NCBI GenBank assembly: GCA_040752575.1
Contig: JBFMGK010000014.1
Location: 1-57,523, forward strand
Direction of reading: 5' to 3'
From: Candidatus Bipolaricaulota bacterium
Lineage (GTDB): Bacteria; Bipolaricaulota; Bipolaricaulia; UBA7950; UBA9294
Length of the DNA: 57,523 nucleotides
Position 1 is the stretch's first letter. Every line of letters begins with the position of its first letter. This document shows positions 29,119-38,947 of the stretch, piece by piece. Below the pieces are notes generated by a model. That model was not told the origin of the DNA, did not search any database, and saw only the letters and a program-made list of their open reading frames with translations. Both the position numbers and the translations under genes were made by a program.

Positions 29119-30903
29119 ATGCGCTATGCAAGCTGCGCCCTCTGTGTCGCGTTCGGCGCCGGCGCCGCAGCGTCCTTGTTGCTAGACGTTTGCGCGCCGA
29201 TCGAGTCTCTGGCGTCGGCTGGAGTGCTCCTCGCCGTTGGCGCGCTCCTACGGCGCCGGGCTCGGTGGATGCTTTGGATCCTGTGCGTCTGTGCGCTGGG
29301 CGTGTGGCGCGCTTCCGTCGAATCGCAACCCCCGACATGGCTGGCCATGCGTACGGCGGGTCTTCGCGAGGTCGTGGGGACCGTCGTGTCGTATCCGAGC
29401 CTCGGACCTCGCGGCATCCGTTTCGTTCTGCAGCCGCAGTCGCTTCCCGGCGCGCTTCTCGTGACGTGGTACCGCGCCCCACCGCAAGCGGGCCGGGTTC
29501 GTTTCGGCGACGTCCTTCGACTTACGGGGCGGGCCCAGGATCCGGGGGTGTTCGACGGGTTCGACTACGGGGCCTATCTCGCACGGCAAGGGGTGTTCGC
29601 GACGTTCGCGGCGGACGAAGCACGGCTCGAGACGCGCGAGGCGCGTCCTGGGATCCGGCGCACGGGAGACGCGATACGCCAAGCTTGTCTCGCGACGCTC
29701 GAGGAGCGTCTGTCTCCCGACGAGTTTGCGATGGCACAGAGCCTTGTCTTTGGAGATCGCTTCGCGCTTCCGCGCGATGTCGAGGATGCGTTCGCCGAGA
29801 GCGGACTCACGCACGTCCTGGCAGTCTCCGGGATGCACCTCACGATCCTGCTTGCCGGGGTCTGGGCGATCCTCCGGCGGGTCGGGGCGCGAGCGACGAC
29901 CTCGACCCTCGTCCTGGCCCTGTTCGTCCTCGGGTCCGTGTGGATCATCGGTCCGTGGGTGAGCCTTTCGCGTGCAGCCCTCCTGTTTCTCGCTGTGGCC
30001 CTCGGTCGGCTGCTGGCCGACCGAGGGCTGATCCTCCGGCGGTCGGTTCGCCCGTTGAACGCCCTGGCGGTTGCCGCGTCTGTTCTTCTGGCGATCCAGC
30101 CCAGCGATGTCCTCGATCTTGGGTTTGGCTTGAGCGTCTGCGCGACGGCAGGCCTCGTGGTCTTCGGGTCGAGCGCTCGGCGCGGGCGACGAAGCTCCAC
30201 GCGGCTTGGCGCGGTGTCTGCCGTCGTACGCGGGCTCCTCTGCGCGTCGCTCGCTGCGCAGGCCGGGGCAGCCCCGCTTCTCGCGCTCCAGCTGGGGCGC
30301 CTGTACCCGTGGTCGGTTCTCTCGAGTGTCCTCGCGGTGCCGATCTCGGCTGCCGGCCTATGGATGGGGCTTGTGGCGATGGCCCTCGCTCCGGTTCCGG
30401 GTCTCGGGTGGCTTGCGAACCGCGTGCTGGCGCTCCTCCTCTTCGCGCTGCGGACCGTAGCCCTGGGGGCGGCGCGGATCCCGGGGTCGGCCATGCCCGT
30501 CGACCGACGTGCCGGCCTCTGGATGGCGGTTGCCGTCGGCTGGCTCTGGGCTGCGCGATGGGCGTTGCGGTCACCCTGGGGCGTGGGCTGGCTGAGCCCG
30601 GCGAATGGCGAGGACGGCGGTCGTCGAGCACAATGGCGTCCGTGGTTGATCTTCGACGACAGGGATCCTAGGCTCTTGCGCAATGCACAGCACGGAAAGG
30701 GATTGTCTTATCGGCCTGAACTGCATCCCGCAGCTCACGCCCAAGCGAGCGAGGCGGCTCCTGACCTCCTTCGAATCGTTCCAGGCGATCTGGAACGCTC
30801 CGGCAAGCCGTCTCTCGGAGGCTTTTGGCTCGTCGGTGCTGGGCGAGGCGATCGCCGCGGGGCGGACGGCGGACGTCGTGGACCGCGAACTCGAGGCCGC
30901 TGA
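29119..30903 (+). CDS. comEC: ComEC/Rec2 competence protein without beta-lactamase domain; 3' end uncertain
   Basis: PGVFDGFDYGAYL, HVLAVSGMHL, DLGFGLS; upstream of dprA. Confidence 0.82.
   Translation: MRYASCALCVAFGAGAAASLLLDVCAPIESLASAGVLLAVGALLRRRARWMLWILCVCALGVWRASVESQPPTWLAMRTAGLREVVGTVVSYPSLGPRGIRFVLQPQSLPGALLVTWYRAPPQAGRVRFGDVLRLTGRAQDPGVFDGFDYGAYLARQGVFATFAADEARLETREARPGIRRTGDAIRQACLATLEERLSPDEFAMAQSLVFGDRFALPRDVEDAFAESGLTHVLAVSGMHLTILLAGVWAILRRVGARATTSTLVLALFVLGSVWIIGPWVSLSRAALLFLAVALGRLLADRGLILRRSVRPLNALAVAASVLLAIQPSDVLDLGFGLSVCATAGLVVFGSSARRGRRSSTRLGAVSAVVRGLLCASLAAQAGAAPLLALQLGRLYPWSVLSSVLAVPISAAGLWMGLVAMALAPVPGLGWLANRVLALLLFALRTVALGAARIPGSAMPVDRRAGLWMAVAVGWLWAARWALRSPWGVGWLSPANGEDGGRRAQWRPWLIFDDRDPRLLRNAQHGKGLSYRPELHPAAHAQASEAAPDLLRIVPGDLERSGKPSLGGFWLVGAGRGDRRGADGGRRGPRTRGR
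30646..30674 (+). promoter_or_regulatory. putative dprA promoter
   Basis: TTGATC-17 nt-TAGGCT, 8 nt before ATG, no SD. Confidence 0.45.
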
Positions 30904-31783
30904 GCGAGCGGCGATCCAGATCGTAACGCTGGTCGATGCTGCCTACCCTTCGCTGTTGCGCGAGATCGACGATCCGCCGCTCGTCTTGTACGCGCGCGGC
31001 CGGCTCCCGATCGACACGCAACTCACCGTGGGCATCGTGGGAACGCGGCGCGGCACGCAATACGGAAAGGTCGTGGCCGCCCGCTTGGCGAGTCAGCTCG
31101 CGATGAAGGGCGTGATCGTCGTAAGCGGCATGGCGGCGGGCATCGATACGGCAGCCCATCAGGCGACCCTCGACGTCGGCGGCCACACGGTTGCCGTGCT
31201 CGGTTGCGGCCTCGACGTCCCCTATCCGAAGCGGAATCACCCGCTGTTCGATCGCGTGGCGTCCGAAGGAACAGCGCTCAGCGAGTACCCTCTGGGGACG
31301 AAGCCTGCGAAGTGGACGTTTCCGCAGCGCAACAGGATCCTCGCGGGTCTGTGTCGCGGAGTCGTTGTGGTCCAGGCGCCCGAGCGGAGCGGGTCGCTGA
31401 TCACGGCGCGGCTTGCGCTCGAGCAAGGCCGCGAGGTATTCGCCGTGCCGGGGAACATCACCACGCAGGCCTCCTTGGGCTCGAACGGTCTCCTTCGCCA
31501 AGGAGCCAAGCTCGTGGAGGGGGTTGAAGACGTGCTCGAGGAGTTCCCGGACCTGCGGGGGATGGCTCACCGCGAAGTCGAGGCGGCTGCGGCGCACGAC
31601 GCCGGCCTCGGCGAGCGCGAGCGCCGCGTCTACGAGCTCCTTGGCCTTGAACCGGTCCACATCGACGATATCATTGCCCGCGCGGACCTTTCGCCCACCG
31701 AAGCGTCACACGTCCTTCTCCTGCTCCAGCTCGAGGATCTCATCGTGGAGGCCGACGGGGGACGCTACGTCCGCCGGTCGTAG
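30683..31783 (+). CDS. dprA: DNA-protecting protein DprA
   Basis: [40 protein letters not shown]. Confidence 0.95.
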   Translation: MHSTERDCLIGLNCIPQLTPKRARRLLTSFESFQAIWNAPASRLSEAFGSSVLGEAIAAGRTADVVDRELEAAERAAIQIVTLVDAAYPSLLREIDDPPLVLYARGRLPIDTQLTVGIVGTRRGTQYGKVVAARLASQLAMKGVIVVSGMAAGIDTAAHQATLDVGGHTVAVLGCGLDVPYPKRNHPLFDRVASEGTALSEYPLGTKPAKWTFPQRNRILAGLCRGVVVVQAPERSGSLITARLALEQGREVFAVPGNITTQASLGSNGLLRQGAKLVEGVEDVLEEFPDLRGMAHREVEAAAAHDAGLGERERRVYELLGLEPVHIDDIIARADLSPTEASHVLLLLQLEDLIVEADGGRYVRRS

Positions 31784-31794
31784 GAGGAGTCACC

Positions 31795-32244
31795 ATGTCT
31801 GTGCAGCGAACGCTCGTTCTGTGTAAGCCCGATGCCGTCCAACGAGGGCTCATCGGGCGGATCATCTCCCGCTTCGAGGAGAAGGGGCTGAAGATCGCGG
31901 GGCTGAAGATGCTCCAGATCGACGAGGCCCTGGCGGCACGGCACTACGCCGAGCACCTCGAGAAGCCGTTCTACCCTGAGCTCCTCGCGTTCATCACCTC
32001 GTCCCCCGTCGTAGCCTTGGCGGTGGAAGGCGACAATGCGGTGGAGGTGGTCCGGAATCTGATGGGCGTGACGAATCCCCAGAAAGCCGGGTCAGGGACG
32101 ATTCGCGGCGACTTTGGGCTGAACCTGACGATGAACCTGGTCCACGGGTCCGACTCGTTGGCTTCGGCGCAGCGCGAGCTGGCGCTGTTCTTCGAGCCGT
32201 GTGAGCTTCACGGCTACCCGATGACCCTGGGGGTCTGGACCTAA
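31795..32244 (+). CDS. ndk: nucleoside diphosphate kinase
   Basis: [24 protein letters not shown]. Confidence 0.97.
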   Translation: MSVQRTLVLCKPDAVQRGLIGRIISRFEEKGLKIAGLKMLQIDEALAARHYAEHLEKPFYPELLAFITSSPVVALAVEGDNAVEVVRNLMGVTNPQKAGSGTIRGDFGLNLTMNLVHGSDSLASAQRELALFFEPCELHGYPMTLGVWT

Positions 32245-32337
32245 CCCGTCTGGCGGTCCCGCATCTCGCGGAATCGCCGCGGGCGGCGGCGACCCGCACG
32301 AACCCTTCGCCGCGAAACCCATCGTACGGAGGTCGAG

Positions 32338-34968
32338 ATGGAACTGACGAAACGGTATCAGCCGGCGGACGTGGAAGCGAAGAACTACCGCTTCTGGGAG
32401 GAAGGGGACTTCTTCCGGGCGTCGGTCGGCGTCGTTCGCAAGGTTCCGTTCTCGATCGTCATTCCTCCGCCCAACGTGACGGGCCGCCTTCACATGGGGC
32501 ACGCGCTGAACAACACGCTCCAGGACGTCGTGATCCGCTATCACCGCATGCTCGGGGACGAGGCGTGCTGGTTTCCGGGCACAGACCACGCCGGGATCGC
32601 GACGCAGAACGTGGTGGAGAAGGACCTCGCTCGGCAGGGGACGACCCGGCACGAGTTGGGGCGCGACGCGTTCGTGGCGAGGGTGTGGGATTGGAAAGCA
32701 AAATACGGCTCCGAGATCATCGACCAACTGAAAGCTCTCGGATGCTCGTGCGACTGGTCGCGACTGCGCTTCACGCTCGACGAGGGGCTGTCCAAGGCCG
32801 TGCGCCACGTGTTCGTGCGCCTCTACGAGGACGGTCTGGTCTACCGAGGCGAGTACCTCGTGAACTGGTGCCCGCGCTGCCGGACGGCGTTGTCCGACCT
32901 GGAGGTCGACCACCAGGACGAGGACGGCGCGCTGTACTTCCTCCGCTATCCGCTCGAAAAGGGTGGCCACCTCACGATTGCCACGACGCGTCCGGAGACC
33001 ATGCTCGGCGACACGGCGATCGCCGTGCACCCCGGCGACGAGCGTCACAACGGCCTGATCGGCTCCTACGCGATCCTGCCGATCCTTGGCCGCCGGCTGC
33101 CGATTGTCGGGTCGGAGGCGGTGGATCCCGAGTTCGGAACGGGAACCCTCAAGGTGACGCCGGGCCACGATCCGGTCGACTTCGAGATCGGCCGAAAGGA
33201 AGGGCTCGAGTCGATCAACATCCTGAACGGGGACGGGACCCTGAATGCCGCCGCCGGGCCGTTCCAGGGGATGGAGCGCGAGGCGGCGCGGAAGGCCGTT
33301 CTCGAGCGGCTCCAGGCCGACGGGGCGCTGGAGAGGATCGAGCCGTATCGTCACTCTGTGGGGCACTGCGAGCGTTGCGATGCCGTCGTTGAGCCGCTTC
33401 TCTCGACGCAATGGTTCGCAAGGATGAAGCCTTTGGCCGACAAGGCAATTGCCGCGGTGAAGGACGGCCGTATCCAATTCGTTCCCGAGCGATGGACCAA
33501 GCTCTACTTCGACTGGCTGGAGAACATCCGCGACTGGTGCATTTCGCGGCAGTTGTGGTGGGGGCACCGAATCCCCGTGTGGTATGGACCTGACGGGCGC
33601 GAGTTCGTGGCCGAGACCGAAGCCGAGGCGAGTGTGCGTGCTGACGAGCACTACGGCCGGAGCGTTGAGCTTCGCCAGGACGAGGACGTCTTGGATACCT
33701 GGTTCTCGTCGTGGCTGTGGCCTTTCTCGGTGATGGGTTGGCCCGAGGAGACCGACGACCTCAAGGCTTTCTTCCCGACGTCGTTCTTGCTGACCGGGTT
33801 TGACATCCTTTTCTTCTGGGTGTCGCGAATGGTGATGGCGTCGCTCTACTTCACGGGCGAGGTTCCTTTTCGGACGGTGTACATCACGCCGCTCTTCGTC
33901 GACGAGCGGGGCCAGAAGATGTCGAAGTCCAAAGGGAACAGCGTCGACCCGATCGACCTGATTGGCGAGTATGGGGCCGACGCGCTGCGGCTCGCGATGG
34001 CGCGAACGACGGGCAAGGGCCGAACCGTCCGCATGCCCTGGGGCGATCTGACCGAGGGTCGCAACTTCCTCAACAAGATCTGGAACATGGCGCGCTTCAT
34101 CCTCATGCACCTCGGCGACGAGCGACCGGAGTTGCCTTGTGAGGTCACGCGGTTCGAGGACCGCTACATCCTGAGGCGTCTGTCCGAGACGACGGAGATC
34201 GTGAGGAAGAACCTGGAGGAGTACAGCTTTCACTTGGCCGTGGAAGCGCTCTATGCCTTCACGTGGCATGACGTCTGCGACTGGTACGTCGAGATGGCCA
34301 AGCCGCGGCTCGCAGCCGGCGATGACAAGGTCCGCGGGCTGTTATGCCACCTCTTGCGGGAGATGACCAAGCTGCTTCATCCCTTCGTCCCGTTCATCAC
34401 CGAGGAGATCTGGCAAGCGCTTGGCGAGGATCCCCGTTCCGTGTGCGTTGCCGAGTACCCATGCGCCAGGCCGCAGAACCCAGACCCCGGCGACGCGTGG
34501 GCCATGAGCATGTTCCAGGGCATGACCGGCGGACTGCGTTCGGTGAGGGCGGAGTGGAATGTCCCCGCGTCCGTCGAGCTGCGGGCCATCGTCAAGGCCG
34601 ATCCCGAAGGTGCCCTTCGGCCCGTGCTCGAGCGGCTCAGGGAGTGTTCCGGCATGACCGGGCCTGTCAGGATGGAGACGTCGTCTGACGCTCAAGCTCC
34701 CAAGGGATCAGCGCGCGTCGTGCTGCACGACCTGGAAATGTACGTCCCGCTGGCAGGCGTCATCGACCTCGATGCGGAGAAGACGCGCATCCAGAAGGAG
34801 TTGGCGGCCGTGAATGCCGAACTGGCACGCGCCGAGGCGAAGCTTGGCAACGAGCAATTCCTCGCGCGCGCTCCCGAGGACGTCGTCGAGAAGGAGCGCG
34901 CGAAGCGGGAAGAACTCCGCAAGAAGCAGGATCGCCTCGAGGCGAACCTCCGCTCGCTCGGGGGCTAG
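32338..34968 (+). CDS. valS: valyl-tRNA synthetase
   Basis: PPPNVTGRLHMGH, DWCISRQLWWGH, KMSKS, C-terminal coiled coil. Confidence 0.97.
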   Translation: MELTKRYQPADVEAKNYRFWEEGDFFRASVGVVRKVPFSIVIPPPNVTGRLHMGHALNNTLQDVVIRYHRMLGDEACWFPGTDHAGIATQNVVEKDLARQGTTRHELGRDAFVARVWDWKAKYGSEIIDQLKALGCSCDWSRLRFTLDEGLSKAVRHVFVRLYEDGLVYRGEYLVNWCPRCRTALSDLEVDHQDEDGALYFLRYPLEKGGHLTIATTRPETMLGDTAIAVHPGDERHNGLIGSYAILPILGRRLPIVGSEAVDPEFGTGTLKVTPGHDPVDFEIGRKEGLESINILNGDGTLNAAAGPFQGMEREAARKAVLERLQADGALERIEPYRHSVGHCERCDAVVEPLLSTQWFARMKPLADKAIAAVKDGRIQFVPERWTKLYFDWLENIRDWCISRQLWWGHRIPVWYGPDGREFVAETEAEASVRADEHYGRSVELRQDEDVLDTWFSSWLWPFSVMGWPEETDDLKAFFPTSFLLTGFDILFFWVSRMVMASLYFTGEVPFRTVYITPLFVDERGQKMSKSKGNSVDPIDLIGEYGADALRLAMARTTGKGRTVRMPWGDLTEGRNFLNKIWNMARFILMHLGDERPELPCEVTRFEDRYILRRLSETTEIVRKNLEEYSFHLAVEALYAFTWHDVCDWYVEMAKPRLAAGDDKVRGLLCHLLREMTKLLHPFVPFITEEIWQALGEDPRSVCVAEYPCARPQNPDPGDAWAMSMFQGMTGGLRSVRAEWNVPASVELRAIVKADPEGALRPVLERLRECSGMTGPVRMETSSDAQAPKGSARVVLHDLEMYVPLAGVIDLDAEKTRIQKELAAVNAELARAEAKLGNEQFLARAPEDVVEKERAKREELRKKQDRLEANLRSLGG

Positions 34969-36246
34969 ATGGACTACGGCGAGGCGCGGGCGCTACTCGA
35001 CGGCCTGCCTCGTTTCCTCGTTAAGCCCGGGCTCTCTCGCGTGCAGCGACTGCTCGAGTCTCTGGGAAGCCCCGAGCGGGCGTTCCCGGCCGTTCACGTC
35101 ACGGGGACGAATGGGAAGGGCTCCGTCGTCGCGATGTTGGAGAGCATTCTCCGGGCCGCGGGGTACCGTGTCGGCCGTTACACGTCTCCCGACGTCGAGG
35201 ACTTCCGCGATCGGATCACCGTCCAGGGTCGATGGATCTCCGAGGAGGAGTTTGCCTCCCTGGCGGAGGACCTCGAGCGCCCGATTCTTTCGGCTGCCGA
35301 CGCTCCAAGCCAGTTCGAGGCGATCACGGCCTTGGGGTTTGGCTTCTTCCAAAGGCAGTCCGTCGACGTGGCGGTCGTCGAGGTGGGGCTGGGCGGCCGC
35401 TTCGATGCGACCAACGTCGTGCGGCCCGAGCTGTGCGTCGTGACGCGCGTGGCGCTCGACCACACCGATCTCTTGGGCACAACGACCGCTGCAATCGCCT
35501 GGGAGAAGGCGGGGATCGCCAAGCGAGGCATCCCCCTCCTGCTCGGAGCGGCGGATGCTGCGGTATCTCGCGTCGTCGAGAGCGTCTGCGCCGAGACTGC
35601 CGCACCGCTTCGCCGCGTCGAACGAGTCCGTTGTACGGCGCGTTCCGCTGGGTCCGCGGGCGTCGCCTACGGCGTCGCTGGTGCCGACCTGCCGGCGTTG
35701 GTCCTTCTGCCGCTCGCTGGAGCCTACCAGCGGGAGAACCTCGAGATCGCTCTCGAAGGCGTCCTTCTGTTGCGGGAACGGGGTTGGACCCTGACCAACG
35801 ACGCCGTGAGCGCCGGATTGGCCGCGGTGCGGTGGCCCGGACGATTCGAGATTCTGAGGGAACGCCCCACGATCATCCTCGACGGCGCGCACAACGTGGA
35901 CGGGGCCAAGGCGCTTCGCCGGGCGGTCGTCGCCCACGAGCCGCGACGAGCGCGGCGCATCCTCGTCCTGGGCGTGCTGAAGGACAAGGATGCCGAGGGC
36001 ATCGTGCGGGTTTTGGGGCCGCACTTTGCCCACCTCGTGCTCACGGCGTCGGCGAGTCCCCGGGCTCTCCCTCCCGGGGAGCTCCGGGCGGTCGTGCGCC
36101 GGACGGGAATCGATGGCGTGTGCTATGATCCCGTCGACAGAGCTGTGTCCTACGCGGTGCAGCACGCTCGACCGACGGACACCGTCGTGGTGGCGGGATC
36201 GCTCACGGTGGTGGCGGAGGCACGCCGGGCAATGGGAGGCCGATGA
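34969..36246 (+). CDS. folC: folylpolyglutamate/dihydrofolate synthase
   Basis: HVTGTNGKGS, EVGLGGRFDATN, WPGRFE, DGAHN. Confidence 0.93.
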   Translation: MDYGEARALLDGLPRFLVKPGLSRVQRLLESLGSPERAFPAVHVTGTNGKGSVVAMLESILRAAGYRVGRYTSPDVEDFRDRITVQGRWISEEEFASLAEDLERPILSAADAPSQFEAITALGFGFFQRQSVDVAVVEVGLGGRFDATNVVRPELCVVTRVALDHTDLLGTTTAAIAWEKAGIAKRGIPLLLGAADAAVSRVVESVCAETAAPLRRVERVRCTARSAGSAGVAYGVAGADLPALVLLPLAGAYQRENLEIALEGVLLLRERGWTLTNDAVSAGLAAVRWPGRFEILRERPTIILDGAHNVDGAKALRRAVVAHEPRRARRILVLGVLKDKDAEGIVRVLGPHFAHLVLTASASPRALPPGELRAVVRRTGIDGVCYDPVDRAVSYAVQHARPTDTVVVAGSLTVVAEARRAMGGR

Positions 36247-36989
36247 GCACGCTGTTGTGCCGGGTGAAAGCGGGAGCCCTGCCGCGCCACGTCGCGATCA
36301 TCATGGATGGCAACGGACGCTGGGCCTCGGCGCGGGGCCTTCCGCCGGCTGCGGGGCACCAGGCCGGCGCACACGCAGCAGAGCGGCTCATCCGGTTCGT
36401 GTCCTCTAGGCTGGACATCCCGTTTCTTACCCTGTTTGCCTTTTCGTCGGAGAACTGGCAACGCCCCAGGACCGAGGTCGACGACCTGATGGACCTCTTG
36501 GCGCGGTTCATCGAGGAAAAGCTTCCGGAGTTCCGCGATGCGGGGATCCGGCTTCGCGTCATCGGCGACGTCCGCAGGCTGCCCGGCGAGCTGCAATCGC
36601 TCGTGCGGCGGGCGATGGAACAGACCAAAGGTGGAATGGGCCTAGGGCTCACCGTGGCGTTGGGCTACGGAAGCCGGGACGAGATCGCGGAGGCTGCGCG
36701 CCGCGCCGCGCAGGACGCCGTTGCCGGTCGTCTGTCATGCGATGCGATCGACGAGGCCGTTCTTGCTGCGCGGCTCGCGACCTCCGAGCTCCCCGACCCG
36801 GACCTTATCCTCCGAACGAGCGGCGAAATGCGGCTGTCGAACTTCCTCCTTTGGCAGTCTGCCTATGCCGAGCTGGCCTTTCCCGAGACCTTGTGGCCCG
36901 ACTTCACCCCGGCGCAGCTGTTGGCCGTGATCGAGGACTACCAGCGGCGTCACCGGCGGTTCGGCCGACGGGAAGGCGAGGCGTCGTGA
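36243..36989 (+). CDS. uppS: undecaprenyl diphosphate synthase
   Basis: HVAIIMDGNGRW, FSSENW, RTSGEMRLSNFLLWQ. Confidence 0.95.
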   Translation: MSTLLCRVKAGALPRHVAIIMDGNGRWASARGLPPAAGHQAGAHAAERLIRFVSSRLDIPFLTLFAFSSENWQRPRTEVDDLMDLLARFIEEKLPEFRDAGIRLRVIGDVRRLPGELQSLVRRAMEQTKGGMGLGLTVALGYGSRDEIAEAARRAAQDAVAGRLSCDAIDEAVLAARLATSELPDPDLILRTSGEMRLSNFLLWQSAYAELAFPETLWPDFTPAQLLAVIEDYQRRHRRFGRREGEAS

Positions 36990-37840
36990 ATCTGATGAAG
37001 CGGGTTGCGAGCGGGATTCTCGGGATGGCGGTCGTGTTTGGGACGCTCTACCTCGGTGCGCGCTTCGATGTGCGGTGGATTGCAGGCGGTCTCATTCTTG
37101 CGGTCGCTTGGCCGTGCGCCGTCGAATACCTCCAACTGATGGCGAAGCTCGGGATCCCCCTGGCCGCACCGGAGTTCCTGGTCTGGATTCCCGCACTGAC
37201 CCTGAGTGTCTTGGTCGCGGGAGGTCGCTACGCCGAGGTGGCCCTGCTCGTGGCGATGGCCTACCAGGTTTTGCGCTACTTGGGCGTTCAGCCTCACCGC
37301 ACGGGCTTCCTGCAGGCTGTCGCAGGGATGTTCGGCCTGCTCTATATCCCTTGGCTACTTCACTACTTCTACCTGATCTACCAGGGCGGGATCGGACAGG
37401 CGCCTCACGTGGGTGTCGTCCACGCGGCGGTCGTCCTCCTGACCGTCTGGGGGTACGACAGCGGCGCGTTCTTCATCGGCAGTGCCCTCGGCAAGCACAA
37501 GGCATTTCCGACGGTGAGCCCGGGCAAAACGTGGGAGGGCGTCGCGGGAGGCGTGGCCTTCGCTCTGGTCGGCGCCTGCGTCGGGGCCTCGTTGTCCCCC
37601 GTGTGGCGGGAGTTCGCCTTTGGAAAGGGCTTCCCACACCTCCTCGTGTCGTCGCTGCTCGTGTCCGCGGCGGCGCAACTCGGAGACGTCTTCGAGTCCA
37701 AACTCAAGCGGGCGGTCGACGTCAAGGATTCGGGGGCGTTCCTTCCCGGTCACGGCGGCGCGCTCGATCGCCTGGACGGGCTCCTGTTTGCGCTGCCCGT
37801 CTTCTACTTCTACTACCACTACGTCGTCCGCTTCTTCTGA
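36986..37840 (+). CDS. cdsA: phosphatidate cytidylyltransferase
   Basis: SPGKTWEG, GDVFESKLKR, KDSGAFLPGHGGALDRLD. Confidence 0.93.
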   Translation: MNLMKRVASGILGMAVVFGTLYLGARFDVRWIAGGLILAVAWPCAVEYLQLMAKLGIPLAAPEFLVWIPALTLSVLVAGGRYAEVALLVAMAYQVLRYLGVQPHRTGFLQAVAGMFGLLYIPWLLHYFYLIYQGGIGQAPHVGVVHAAVVLLTVWGYDSGAFFIGSALGKHKAFPTVSPGKTWEGVAGGVAFALVGACVGASLSPVWREFAFGKGFPHLLVSSLLVSAAAQLGDVFESKLKRAVDVKDSGAFLPGHGGALDRLDGLLFALPVFYFYYHYVVRFF

Positions 37841-37875
37841 GACGCCTCGAGACGGCATCCAGCCTGGAATGGTGA

Positions 37876-37906
37876 AGGGCGGCCTAGCTTGTCGCCGGGC
37901 CGCCCT
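37876..37906. terminator. GC hairpin between convergent cdsA and rrf2
   Basis: AGGGCGGCC...GGCCGCCCT; no clear U tract. Confidence 0.45.
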
Positions 37907-38004
37907 CTCCGGGTGGTGAAAAAGATGAGGGGGTTCTCTTTCGTGGCGACTATAGCACAACCTCCCAGCCTCGTCGGTAATGCGCATCACCGAGAGGCGT
38001 CGCT

Positions 38005-38436
38005 TCACAGGGCCCGTCGAGGAGGTTGACACGTCGCGCGGCGTCCAAGGTCGGCGAGCGACAGCGTGTCGAGGAGCCCGCGGAACCGTTCGTTGAGGTC
38101 CCGCCAGGCGTCCTGCGTCGGACACGCGCCCGCGAGATGACATGCGGGGAGGGTGCCCAGACAGTCCACGAGGTCCAGCCGTTCGCCCAGCGCCTCCAGA
38201 ACGCGGCGGACCGAGAGTGCCGCTGGGGGCTCCGCGAGCGCATAGCCTCCTCCACGGCCTTGGCGAGACGTGACGACGCCGGTTTGGCGCAGGCGGCGCA
38301 GGATCTTCTCGATGAACGGAGCGGGGAGGCCATAACGCTCGGCAATCCACGCCGCCGACACCGGCTCTCCCGGTGCGGCGCGCGCAAGTTCAACCGCGGC
38401 GATCAGCCCGTAGCTTGCCCTCTTGGTCAGGTGCAC
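38005..38436 (-). CDS. Rrf2-family regulator, IscR-like
   Basis: LTKRASYGL, SRQGRGGGY, CLGTLPACHLAGAC (3 Cys); follows iscU. Confidence 0.85.
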   Translation of the reverse strand: MHLTKRASYGLIAAVELARAAPGEPVSAAWIAERYGLPAPFIEKILRRLRQTGVVTSRQGRGGGYALAEPPAALSVRRVLEALGERLDLVDCLGTLPACHLAGACPTQDAWRDLNERFRGLLDTLSLADLGRRATCQPPRRAL

Positions 38437-38945
38437 GATCCGCAGCCTGGACTGCCCTTGGCTTGCTCGTCGGCTCCGAGAAACGCCGCGTAACGCTTCT
38501 CGAGGGCCGCGACGTCCTTCTGAATGTGCTCGTGGCGCAGGCGCAGACGCTCGGGGATGGGACGGCCCTGCTTGACGAGATAGTCGTAGACGGCCTCGCC
38601 GAGAGCCTCGGCGGCGAGGGCCGAGCAGTGCATCTTCACGGGCGGAAGCCCGCCGAGTTCCGTCGCGACGTCGCGGTTCGTGATCTCGATGGCTTGTTCG
38701 AGCGTTTTCCCCTTCGCCAGATCCGACACCATCGAGGAGGTGGCAATGGCTGCCGTGCAGCCGAAGGTCTCCCACGAGACGTCAGCGAGGATCTCCCGCC
38801 CTTCCTCGTCCTTGTCGACGCGGATGTAGAGCCATAGGACGTCGCCACAGACGATGTTGCCCACCTTTCCGACAGCCGAGAAGTCCGCGAGCTTCCCCAT
38901 GTTGTGGGGGTGCCGAAAATGCTCGACGACCTTTTCCGTGTACAC
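38427..38945 (-). CDS. iscU: Fe-S scaffold IscU/NifU
   Basis: HFRHPHN, CGD, FGCTAAIA, LPPVKMHCS. Confidence 0.92.
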   Translation of the reverse strand: MYTEKVVEHFRHPHNMGKLADFSAVGKVGNIVCGDVLWLYIRVDKDEEGREILADVSWETFGCTAAIATSSMVSDLAKGKTLEQAIEITNRDVATELGGLPPVKMHCSALAAEALGEAVYDYLVKQGRPIPERLRLRHEHIQKDVAALEKRYAAFLGADEQAKGSPGCGSCT

Positions 38946-38947
38946 GA

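Noticed and set aside
32245..32337. T-box leader for valS
   Set aside because: Only 93 nt and no T-box consensus
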